DNA of 64,000 nucleotides from a phage: NCBI GenBank assembly GCA_014913405.1, contig GCA_014913405.1_3931.1; one strand, 5' to 3'. Shown piece by piece: positions 29,127 to 37,607 of this stretch (position 1 is its first letter; each line of letters starts with the position of its first letter). The notes under the pieces were generated by a model. It saw only the letters and a program-made list of their open reading frames with translations, ran no database searches and was not told where the DNA came from. The position numbers and the translations under genes were made by a program.

Positions 29127-29522
29127 TTAGTGCTTCACAGCACCTATAATTAATCTAAGAAGGCCGCCTAACCCATTGAAAAATTTAAGGTAAGGCAGCC
29201 TTTTTCATTTTCAATTTGTGCAGGTAGCTGTATAGGTCTGCACAGGTGTCTCAAAAAATCTCATCGCCGGATAGAAAAATCATTTTCAAAACGTGCAGAC
29301 TCCGCTCAGGTCGGGCAAGAAAAATCATTTTAGAATTGTGCAGGTAGGTTTTTATGGGGAGCCAGACCAACCCCTCTCCCCCTATTACTCCCCCTCTCCC
29401 CAAAAGTCAAGAGAAAAATTTGTAGCGGATTGAAAAATAATTCTTGATTTGTGTTCTGTTTTGTGGTAGTCGTGTGCGCACGTTTCATTACAGTTTTTCC
29501 AAAAATATTTTTAAAATTTTTC

Positions 29523-29551
29523 TTGACTCTTTGAACGGGGTTATCTAGTAT
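29523..29551 (+). promoter_or_regulatory. sigma70-like promoter, TTGACT-17-TAGTAT, heading the small-ORF array
   Basis: -35 TTGACT at 29523-29528, -10 TAGTAT at 29546-29551; followed by hairpin GGGGAGGGAATGACCTTCCCC and the conserved leader. Confidence 0.5.
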
Positions 29552-29614
29552 TTGCATCAACGGGGAGGGAATGACCTTCCCCACTAAATAAAGTCCTAAA
29601 CTGGAGATTCAAAA

Positions 29615-29998
29615 ATGGCATACCGTGCACCTAAATTCATCAACAAAGACAACTTTCGCAACGCACTGGAGAAGTCACTTGATGAGAATTTTAAAGGTAA
29701 CGTTATTGTTGTTCACTCATTTAATTTCAAGTATGATATCAATGGGAATAAAATCAACCATTACACGGCAACAATGCTAGATGGTACTCTTTCAAGTGAA
29801 AAAGCCATTTTACATGCACTTGCTGGACGTGGTAAAAACCTGATAAGATGCGATAAGAGACGTTATCAGGGTGGCGCATATGGTTACGATGATGCTGTTT
29901 ATCATCTTGAAAATATGGGCTATCAAGTAGAAAAAGCTGGAGTGTCTCAAATAATTGGTAGTGATGGTTACGTAACTATCTTCAAAATTAACAAATAA
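29615..29998 (+). CDS. hypothetical protein (accessory array ORF 1)
   Basis: preceded by conserved leader ...TAAACTGGAGATTCAAAA-ATG. Confidence 0.5.
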   Translation: MAYRAPKFINKDNFRNALEKSLDENFKGNVIVVHSFNFKYDINGNKINHYTATMLDGTLSSEKAILHALAGRGKNLIRCDKRRYQGGAYGYDDAVYHLENMGYQVEKAGVSQIIGSDGYVTIFKINK

Positions 29999-30004
29999 AG
30001 TACT

Positions 30005-30033
30005 TTACAGGGGGCTTATAGTTCGATAAAGTA
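30005..30033 (+). promoter_or_regulatory. type-A cassette: promoter TTTACA-17-TAAAGT overlapping hairpin GGGGCTTA...TAAGCCCC
   Basis: -35 TTTACA at 30005-30010, -10 TAAAGT at 30028-30033; four more copies before the ORFs at 30463, 31532, 32329 and 33599. Confidence 0.45.
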
Positions 30034-30083
30034 AGCCCCAGATAAAGAGCTTTACCACTAAATCCTAAATTGGAGATTCAAAA

Positions 30084-30374
30084 ATGGCTACTATCAAAAA
30101 CGTTGTAATCCCTGTAAAAACTCGTGATGACGCTCGCATCATGGCGAAAAAGTTAGGCGGGAAAGTGGTTGACAACGGAAAACAATCTGCTGTAAGATGG
30201 GGTGTGAAGGCTGATAAACAGTTGAAGTTAAAAAATTCACCAATAAATCTTTTTACATGTGTAAACACTATCGGAAAGACAAATGTATACACGAAAAAGG
30301 CATATATTAGACGCGTAGCCTTAACATCTCCAATTCGTACAATGAGAAGTCATGCAAAGCTGAAAATTAACTGA
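30084..30374 (+). CDS. hypothetical protein (accessory array ORF 2)
   Basis: conserved leader and RBS GGAG. Confidence 0.5.
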   Translation: MATIKNVVIPVKTRDDARIMAKKLGGKVVDNGKQSAVRWGVKADKQLKLKNSPINLFTCVNTIGKTNVYTKKAYIRRVALTSPIRTMRSHAKLKIN

Positions 30375-30462
30375 TAAAGTACTTTACAAGGGGCTTAAAA
30401 GTTGATACCTTAAGCCCCAGATAAAGAGCTTTACCACTAAATCCTAAACTGGAGATTCAAAA

Positions 30463-30759
30463 ATGAAATTATCAAATAAAGTTCGTGAAAATCTAAGCAA
30501 ATTACTCAACAAAATTGATTTCATTGAAACATCAAGAAATAGCCATGATGTTATGGAATGGTTACACGGCAAAATAAAAGGTCGTCGTGTAGTGATTTGC
30601 TTATGGAATAGTTGCAGGGAGTATAAAAAACCTGTATTGCAAGTCAATATCTATGATGATAATCTTAAAAGTCCTGTCAAATCTAAAAGCGATTTACTAG
30701 ATTCTTATGAGATAACTGTAAATGGCAAAGTGTCACGTAAAGAGGAAGCACCATGTTAA
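30463..30759 (+). CDS. hypothetical protein (accessory array ORF 3)
   Basis: conserved leader and RBS GGAG. Confidence 0.5.
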   Translation: MKLSNKVRENLSKLLNKIDFIETSRNSHDVMEWLHGKIKGRRVVICLWNSCREYKKPVLQVNIYDDNLKSPVKSKSDLLDSYEITVNGKVSRKEEAPC

Positions 30760-31085
30760 TGACTGGTATCACTGCAATCATTGCCATTTTCGCGCTCTAT
30801 AAGGCATATAAAGCCTATAATCTAGCAAATAAGGCAATCACACAACAGGTTAGTAATAGCCTTGTAATGAGCTTTCTAGAGCGGTTGAGCGATGAACAAT
30901 TAAAGCGGTTAGAAATGAGCTTCAGATTCAGGGCGAGAACTTATCAAATCAGCGACATTTTCAAAGATGATTTTCAATTAGTCGATGATTATAATTCTCT
31001 GATAAATGCTTTAAATATTAGTGACTTAAAAGACTATCATACTGTAATTGTTCAAGAGTTGAGCAAACGAAAACAAAACTGTTGA
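30753..31085 (+). CDS. hypothetical membrane protein (accessory array ORF 4)
   Basis: N-terminal hydrophobic helix ITAIIAIFALY; start overlaps the end of the previous ORF. Confidence 0.45.
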   Translation: MLMTGITAIIAIFALYKAYKAYNLANKAITQQVSNSLVMSFLERLSDEQLKRLEMSFRFRARTYQISDIFKDDFQLVDDYNSLINALNISDLKDYHTVIVQELSKRKQNC

Positions 31086-31110
31086 CACTGATTTTTAGAT
31101 AGATTAAATT
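31082..31110 (+). promoter_or_regulatory. type-B cassette promoter, TTGACA-17-TAAATT
   Basis: TTGACACTGATTTTTAGATAGATTAAATT; followed by hairpin GGGGAG...CTCCCC and the conserved leader. Confidence 0.5.
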
Positions 31111-31173
31111 ACTCATCAACGGGGAGCAATAATCTCCCCCACTAAATAAAGTCCTTAAACTAGGAGATTCAAA

Positions 31174-31446
31174 ATGTATACTACTAACAACGGTCGCACT
31201 TTAAATGTCACTCTACGTCACTATGTCGACGGTGTGATGCACTTTGAGGATTTACAGGCTGAGCAACATATCTTAAATTGGCAAGTCGCAGGACTCCAAA
31301 AAACTGCTACCGGATACGGCAAAAAGATTCCAACTAGTTGGAAAGTATACTATGAAGGACGTTTGCGCAGAATTTATCAGGATGTATGTGGCAATAGCAC
31401 ATCAAGTTACATCATAGTAAAAGGTAAAAAACTGCATTTAGTATAA
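31174..31446 (+). CDS. hypothetical protein (accessory array ORF 5)
   Basis: conserved leader and RBS. Confidence 0.5.
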   Translation: MYTTNNGRTLNVTLRHYVDGVMHFEDLQAEQHILNWQVAGLQKTATGYGKKIPTSWKVYYEGRLRRIYQDVCGNSTSSYIIVKGKKLHLV

Positions 31447-31531
31447 AGTACTTTACAGGGGGCTTATTAGTCTGTACAGTAAGCCCCAGATAAAGAGCTT
31501 TACTACTCAATCCTAAATTGGAGATTCTAAA

Positions 31532-31936
31532 ATGGCTATTAATAATCGTGAGATGTCAATCTTAAAAGCACGTTTAACCGTTAATCGAATCAATGTTATT
31601 ACATCATCAGCACCGGATGAAACATTGCACAACATTATCGGAAAGATTCAAAGCGTTATCTTAGACGTTGAAAACGTAAAAAACTCATTGGCTGACGTTG
31701 CAGCAGGTATCACGCTAGACGGTGCACAATATGAAATGGCCGACATGTTAGGCAAATCTAAGGTAATGAATAAAGAGCTTGATTTAAAAATGTTTAGATT
31801 TGCCGTGAAAGTGTGGCTATCTGTTGAGTATGATGCTAATTTTGCAATCGCTGATTTCTTTGCCACTTGGTTACAACGTAATTTGGCAAATCATGACTTT
31901 CGTGACATCTGCGACGCAATTTATGCAGAACTCTAA
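31532..31936 (+). CDS. hypothetical protein (accessory array ORF 6)
   Basis: conserved leader and RBS. Confidence 0.5.
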   Translation: MAINNREMSILKARLTVNRINVITSSAPDETLHNIIGKIQSVILDVENVKNSLADVAAGITLDGAQYEMADMLGKSKVMNKELDLKMFRFAVKVWLSVEYDANFAIADFFATWLQRNLANHDFRDICDAIYAEL

Positions 31937-31944
31937 AAATTTTA

Positions 31945-31973
31945 TTGACACTGATTTTTAGATAGATTAAATT
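31945..31973 (+). promoter_or_regulatory. type-B cassette promoter, TTGACA-17-TAAATT (second copy)
   Basis: near-identical to the copy at 31082; followed by GGGGAGGGAATGACCTTCCCC. Confidence 0.5.
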
Positions 31974-32037
31974 ACACATCAACGGGGAGGGAATGACCTT
32001 CCCCACTAAGTAAAGTCCTTAAACTAGGAGATTCAAA

Positions 32038-32235
32038 ATGGCTATTATCAACGGTTTAACCATTGAAACCACGCACATCAAAGACATTAAAGTTGGTGAT
32101 GTAGTTCTTTCCCACGGCGTAGAAAAAACAGTCACTGCAAAGGATATCAAAGATGATTCTTTCATGGGTAGAACTCTCTTCGGTGATTCTTATTGCTTAG
32201 GTTATCTTGCAGTTTTAAAAGTTGTCAAAAATTAA
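32038..32235 (+). CDS. hypothetical protein (accessory array ORF 7)
   Basis: conserved leader and RBS. Confidence 0.45.
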   Translation: MAIINGLTIETTHIKDIKVGDVVLSHGVEKTVTAKDIKDDSFMGRTLFGDSYCLGYLAVLKVVKN

Positions 32236-32328
32236 CTGATAAAGTACTTTACAAGGGGCTTATAGTTCGATAAAGTAAGCCCCAGATAAAGAGCTTTACC
32301 ACTAAATCCTTAAACTAGGAGATTCAAA

Positions 32329-32871
32329 ATGAAATGCTTTCACGGTACTACTCAAGAAAACTTTATCAACCTGATTAATAACGGTGATAAACCATCAGGT
32401 GTATGGAATTGTTCGGATATGGACGGCAATTTTTACGTGTACCCAGAAAATAAACTCTATGGTGATGATGAGGAAGAGATAGCATCGGAAGGTATCCAGC
32501 AAGCTCTAGGAAATGCCACTATCACGGCAGCTTTTCAGATGAAAACTCAAAATATTGTTATCTTAGAACTTGACATTCCAGAGGATGAGCTGAATGATGA
32601 TTATTCTTGTGATAACATGTCAAATATAGCAAGCTTTACAGAGTACTTTGATGTAAATTGGATTAAAAAGGTCTATACAACAGAGTTCAACGCTATGTAT
32701 TCACCTTTTTGTCTCCCTTCACTGGATAACCCAAATTTAAATTATCTTGATGAAACATTGGAGCTACTTGCTAAAAGTATCCAACAATCCGACAGTATTC
32801 AGGTTTTTTGTGACATCATGGATACACTGACAGAAAACATTGTAGAGAGTGATTTAAAGGTCTTTTTCTAA
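32329..32871 (+). CDS. hypothetical protein (accessory array ORF 8)
   Basis: conserved leader and RBS; 180 aa, acidic. Confidence 0.5.
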   Translation: MKCFHGTTQENFINLINNGDKPSGVWNCSDMDGNFYVYPENKLYGDDEEEIASEGIQQALGNATITAAFQMKTQNIVILELDIPEDELNDDYSCDNMSNIASFTEYFDVNWIKKVYTTEFNAMYSPFCLPSLDNPNLNYLDETLELLAKSIQQSDSIQVFCDIMDTLTENIVESDLKVFF

Positions 32872-32937
32872 AAACCTATACATTCACCTTATAAACACTG
32901 ATTAACCCCTTACAGGGGCTTTTAGAGGGCTTAAATC

Positions 32938-33171
32938 ATGCTTACAACCATTTATCTCATCCTTTCCATTTGTAACGGCCATTCATGTGACTTTAAAGGG
33001 CTTGAAGAGTTTACAGGAAGTAAAGAAAATGCTATTCAAGTTTGCCAGATAGCAAGACAAGACTACCCCGCCAGTGATGATATACAATGTTACTTTAAGA
33101 CAGAAGATGACGAAGGAATCTATTTCGACAGTGTCGATGGTCAATATGAAATTATCATTGAAAAAGACTAG
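32938..33171 (+). CDS. hypothetical protein (accessory array ORF 9)
   Basis: ORF track; this one lacks the conserved leader. Confidence 0.4.
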   Translation: MLTTIYLILSICNGHSCDFKGLEEFTGSKENAIQVCQIARQDYPASDDIQCYFKTEDDEGIYFDSVDGQYEIIIEKD

Positions 33172-33264
33172 ACAAGCCTGATAAAAGTCTGTAAATTATC
33201 AATCAACGGGGAGGGAATGACCTTCCCCACTAAGTAAAGTCCTTAAACTAGGAGATTCCAAAAA

Positions 33265-33513
33265 ATGTATACTAAAACTCAACTAAAAAACATGGTTAGC
33301 AATGGCTTAATGGATGAAGTCTATAAAGAGTGTAGACGCTACGGGGAAATTAAGGATAAGACTAGTTATGAGTATACCCACACAATAGACTTTAAAACCA
33401 ATGAGAAGAGGACTGACCTTGTTACTGTAGTAGTGATTGAGTATAAACGAATTATTTGGACCTTTGAGCTAGTAAAAGGTGAGTGCACAGAGATAGAATA
33501 TAAAGACGCTTAA
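33265..33513 (+). CDS. hypothetical protein (accessory array ORF 10)
   Basis: type-B cassette upstream. Confidence 0.5.
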   Translation: MYTKTQLKNMVSNGLMDEVYKECRRYGEIKDKTSYEYTHTIDFKTNEKRTDLVTVVVIEYKRIIWTFELVKGECTEIEYKDA

Positions 33514-33598
33514 AGTACTTTACATGGGGCTTATTAGTCTGTATAGTAAGCCCCAGATAAAGAGCTTTACCACTCAATCCTAAACTGGAGATTCTAAA

Positions 33599-33940
33599 AT
33601 GGCTTATGTAACCGTAATTACCGATAAAGCTGGCTCATCTTGGTCAACTCAAGTAAGTGATAAGATGTCACCTATGCAGTGCCTAAAATACTTTGAACAG
33701 TGGAACAAAGGCGAGGGTGTAAGCCCCTTTCAAGTGATGCAAATCATCCATACAGATAACGAAGGGAATAAAACGACCTTGAACAGTGAATACTACGCAA
33801 GCCGTTTTGAAACGAGAAGTAAAACAATGAAGCTTTTACGTGAATCCGGCTATTCTCATATTGCCGCGCTAATCTGGGATGACCTGCTAAAAAGTCAGCG
33901 TATCAGCTATGTAAAGCCTGAAAAAATCTTTATAAGCTAA
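33599..33940 (+). CDS. hypothetical protein (accessory array ORF 11)
   Basis: type-A cassette upstream. Confidence 0.5.
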   Translation: MAYVTVITDKAGSSWSTQVSDKMSPMQCLKYFEQWNKGEGVSPFQVMQIIHTDNEGNKTTLNSEYYASRFETRSKTMKLLRESGYSHIAALIWDDLLKSQRISYVKPEKIFIS

Positions 33941-34140
33941 TCAATGACTTATAAAAAACTTTAAAAATTATCTTGACAATACCCCTTGACATTGGTAACT
34001 TTGTTCGAGGGGGTTTATCTAAAAGGGATTCACTTAAAAGATTCTTTATAGATAAGCTTAAAAAATTGCTTGCAATCATCTTCCAAAAACTTTATAGTTT
34101 ATCTCAAGCAATAATGCTTTCCTAAACTGGAGATTCAAAA

Positions 34141-34671
34141 ATGAACAAGTTCAAAGCTATCAACTACATTCGCTCAAATAGTGTCATGTCTAAGCCTGTT
34201 AAGGATACCTACGAATTTCGTTGCAATGGGGTGCATTTTGCAACAATTACCAAATCAGAAAACGGGGCTTATTACATTCATCGCCGTAATGTTTCAACCG
34301 TGGTAGTCTCTCACTTTATGCAAGCTGTCGCGGAACTTCTCCCGCTGTTTTTAGGTCTTTACTTGGATGAGTGTAAAAACGTTCACAGCCACGTTAAAAA
34401 CATTTTAAACAGTTATAAAATGGCTTATGAACGTTCTATTCATAATTTGAACAAGTTCTATAAAGCCCCTGAAAATACTGTGTCAATAGCTTATGATGTA
34501 AGCGGTGAAATGGTCAATCTCTCCAATGTAGAACAAATTGGCCTTTATGATTTACGTCCTAGCGGTTATTCTAAGACTCTCGGTGAAGGCTTATCCTTCA
34601 ATATCAAGAACTTAGAAAAAATTTTAAGAGAAATTGAAAAAGATATTGACGAGACAATCAAAAATCTGTAA
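34141..34671 (+). CDS. hypothetical protein (accessory array ORF 12)
   Basis: conserved leader CCTAAACTGGAGATTCAAAA-ATG. Confidence 0.5.
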   Translation: MNKFKAINYIRSNSVMSKPVKDTYEFRCNGVHFATITKSENGAYYIHRRNVSTVVVSHFMQAVAELLPLFLGLYLDECKNVHSHVKNILNSYKMAYERSIHNLNKFYKAPENTVSIAYDVSGEMVNLSNVEQIGLYDLRPSGYSKTLGEGLSFNIKNLEKILREIEKDIDETIKNL

Positions 34672-34734
34672 ATTGTCAATCAACGGGGGGGTAACCTGCC
34701 CCACTAAACAAAATCCTAAACTGGAGTTATCAAG

Positions 34735-34998
34735 ATGGAAAACGTAGAATTAACCACACTATTGCAGATTGCAACTGACAAAGAAGACGTAGCGTTGTTT
34801 CACCGTATCGAAAGTGATTTGTTCAATGGTGAAATCATTAAAGAGTCTTACGAGGTTGTCGGATTCAAAGATGGTAAAGCATTTGGCTTTTTTGACCTCG
34901 ACAAAAGCAAAGCGGTTACAATGTACGATGTTCTATCTTGTGAAATTCTGACAAAATACAACGAAAAAAGGCTTGCAACCTACGCCAATATGCAGTAA
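34735..34998 (+). CDS. hypothetical protein (accessory array ORF 13)
   Basis: degenerate type-B cassette upstream. Confidence 0.5.
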   Translation: MENVELTTLLQIATDKEDVALFHRIESDLFNGEIIKESYEVVGFKDGKAFGFFDLDKSKAVTMYDVLSCEILTKYNEKRLATYANMQ

Positions 34999-35065
34999 AT
35001 TACTAATCAACGGGGAGGGAATGACCTTCCCACTAAACAAAGTCCTAAACTGGAGAATCTAAATT

Positions 35066-35314
35066 ATGTCAACTATCCGCGTAACTGTTAATGCTTATGG
35101 CTGCCACCAACTTGATGCAAAATTCGATATCGGTGGAACAGATAACACCTTTGACCTTATCAAAATGCTGATTCAGCAGGTGATACCAGATTATAACCCT
35201 ACTGATGACTTCTGGAAAGATGCCGTAAAAGAAGCCATAAACGAGGAATCTCACTACCATTATTGGGGTGACTTGATTGTCTCTCTGTACTACAGCAAAC
35301 AAGGTTACAACTAA
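35066..35314 (+). CDS. hypothetical protein (accessory array ORF 14)
   Basis: degenerate type-B cassette upstream. Confidence 0.5.
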   Translation: MSTIRVTVNAYGCHQLDAKFDIGGTDNTFDLIKMLIQQVIPDYNPTDDFWKDAVKEAINEESHYHYWGDLIVSLYYSKQGYN

Positions 35315-35319
35315 TCGAC

Positions 35320-36983
35320 GCAGCGGGGCTAAATAGCCCCAGATACCTTAAAAGCTCCTTCTCATAGGGGCTTTTTTACGTCTATAAAGAGACTCTATAC
35401 AGTCCCTTTCCTTTCCTTCCTAGAATCTACCCCACTAATTCGATAGAGACTATCTCATACCTTAAAAAGCAATAACTCTATAGTCTACTCTATAACCTCT
35501 TATCAAATTAACTTAAATAAAAGCCCATAACCCGAAAGGGAAGGGCAACCACTAAAACGCTCTATAAAGCTCTATAACAGCCTTATCAACCTAACTTAAG
35601 CAATCATATTAACCCACTCTAAAAAGCCCTTTATAGAGCTTCCCAGAGCCTTAAAAGAATCTTATAAGGGTGTGAGCTTTATCATCTCGTTAGCTATCTT
35701 GTGAACTACTAAAAAGGGCTTGTTAGTGTCTTAAAAGTATGTTATAGGGGCTATAAAGTTACTTCAAAGTTACGTAAAAGAGGCTATAAAGTTACGTAAA
35801 TGCTAGCCCCCTTAACATTTTCTTAACAATTTCTTAACAATCCCTACATAGTTATGCTTTTAAGGCACTTGTTAGAGACTTGTTAGCCCCTTGTTAAATC
35901 TCTGTTAAGACCACGTAAAAGCCTTGTAAGAGTCTTTAGCATAGCCTTTAAAGCCTCTGTAAAGCCCTATAAAGAGGTGTCTGTATAGTTGGGGTGTAAT
36001 TACTAGGAAGAGACTTAAAAGAGCTTACAAGGAGCTATAGAGAGCTTTTAAGAGGGCTATTTAGAGAATCACTAAGAGGGAAAGGGAACGATAAGAAAAG
36101 AGATAGTGACCATGTTAATAGCTTGTTAAAAAGATTAAACACTTGTTAGGAACTTGTTAATTATCCCTACAAAATAACTCTTTAAAATTAACTTGTTAGC
36201 TCTCGTTAGTTATCTGTTAAGATTCTGTAAAGACTATTCAGCACTTGTTAGAAAACTGTTACAGCCTTGTTAGTTCTGTTAAGAATCTGTTAAGACTTTT
36301 GAAGAGTTGTTAAGAGCTTGAGAGAGTTGTTAAGAGATTGTTAAGGATATTTTAAAATTTTGCAAAGGGGATGTTACAGGGCTGTTAAGGGCTACCAAGC
36401 AGATATACATCTTCTACAGATATTTTTCAGTCCCTTCAAAGACCCTAAAAAATGACTTGATAGTCCTATTTTATAAAAATTTTAAAATTCTGAATAATTA
36501 CCTAGACAGTCTTTTAAAAATACAGGTAGAAACAGGCTTATAAGATACCTTGTTAGTACCGTGTTAGACCTTGTGAGATAAGGTCTGTAAAGATATTCCT
36601 GTTAAGTTTGTTAAAACAGTCTATATAGAGGCTTAGTAGTGCCTAGTGAACACCTATAGAGGGTAACATAGCTAACCTAGAGATTAAGAGGTGTATAGGA
36701 GCTTCTAAGAGGGTGTAGAGAGATGGTTAAGGTGATTGTATAGGTTGTTAAGAAGGCTTGTTAGAAGAGTGTTTAGAAGGGCTATACAGAGGGGCTATTA
36801 AGACCACTAGATAGATACTAAGATACTATATAGTACTATATAACTATATAGAGAGTAAGATTAAGAAGGTTGTTAAGAAGGGTAGATATTTTATTCACAT
36901 ATGATGGTGACCCAGCGGTTGGGACAACCGATAAATTTTATAAAAATTAAAAAGCCCCCGATTAAGGAGGCTCTTAAGATATT
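35320..36983. repeat. 1.6-kb non-coding segment dense in short reiterated motifs (TTGTTAAG/TTGTTAG, CTATAAAG, GTTACGTAAA)
   Basis: no ORF of 60 aa or more on either strand; more than 25 copies of (C)TTGTTA(A)G-like motifs; lies between convergent gene blocks. Confidence 0.6.
36954..36982 (-). terminator. rho-independent terminator for the - strand block
   Basis: on the - strand: AGCCTCC-TTAATC-GGGGGCT followed by TTTTT. Confidence 0.5.
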
Positions 36984-37607
36984 TTAAATCAGTGTTTCCA
37001 GAACTGTTTTCAATGATGACTTGGTTGTCTGATAAAAATGAGTAAATCCATTGTTATTATCGAATACCTGCATCATGATATCATCTCCCTTGATTGGGTA
37101 CACTCGGATATCATAGTGAAAACCATTAAAGACACAAGAACCACTACAGAATGCTCTAAAGTCATCTACTGAGATATACTCTTCATGACCTGTGATTTTT
37201 ATACAAACGCCTTTACTCGGTCTCTTAGGGTTGATATCTTCCATCACAGACATACTCTGTCCACCAAGAGATACCATAGTGACCACTTTACGGTTCTTCT
37301 GTTTAAAGTACATCTTAACTTTCTGCAAAGTGTCTTCATAGAATGGATAAGACCTTTCTACAAAGATTCCTTCAAGTGGCTCTTTACCATTTTCAACTTC
37401 TCGGTTATGCCGTACTGCAAAGATAATTTGTTCGAACCAGTCAAGATTTTCTTCGGAGAGTGCTTCCCGAACATCCTTCCAGTCAAGTACTAAGTAGTTA
37501 CCTTCAACTTCTTTTAAGTTATCTTTTTCCATATCTATCACACCATTATCGTAAAACTTGATATTCTGGTACTGCGAATTTATTACTATTGTTCTTGATG
37601 AGGTCAT
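36984..37607 (-). CDS. hypothetical protein
   Basis: ORF track; an alternative start at 37532 would remove the 62-nt overlap with the upstream gene. Confidence 0.4.
   Translation of the reverse strand: MTSSRTIVINSQYQNIKFYDNGVIDMEKDNLKEVEGNYLVLDWKDVREALSEENLDWFEQIIFAVRHNREVENGKEPLEGIFVERSYPFYEDTLQKVKMYFKQKNRKVVTMVSLGGQSMSVMEDINPKRPSKGVCIKITGHEEYISVDDFRAFCSGSCVFNGFHYDIRVYPIKGDDIMMQVFDNNNGFTHFYQTTKSSLKTVLETLI

Noticed and set aside
29330-29584. 84-aa - strand ORF in the regulatory region upstream of the array
   Set aside because: It is built from the C/G-rich tract and tandem repeats, is antisense to the array promoter and has no RBS.
35320-36983. Repeat-dense region considered as a CRISPR array
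   Set aside because: The repeats are only 7-10 bp, degenerate and irregularly spaced, with no repeat-spacer periodicity and no cas genes in the window.
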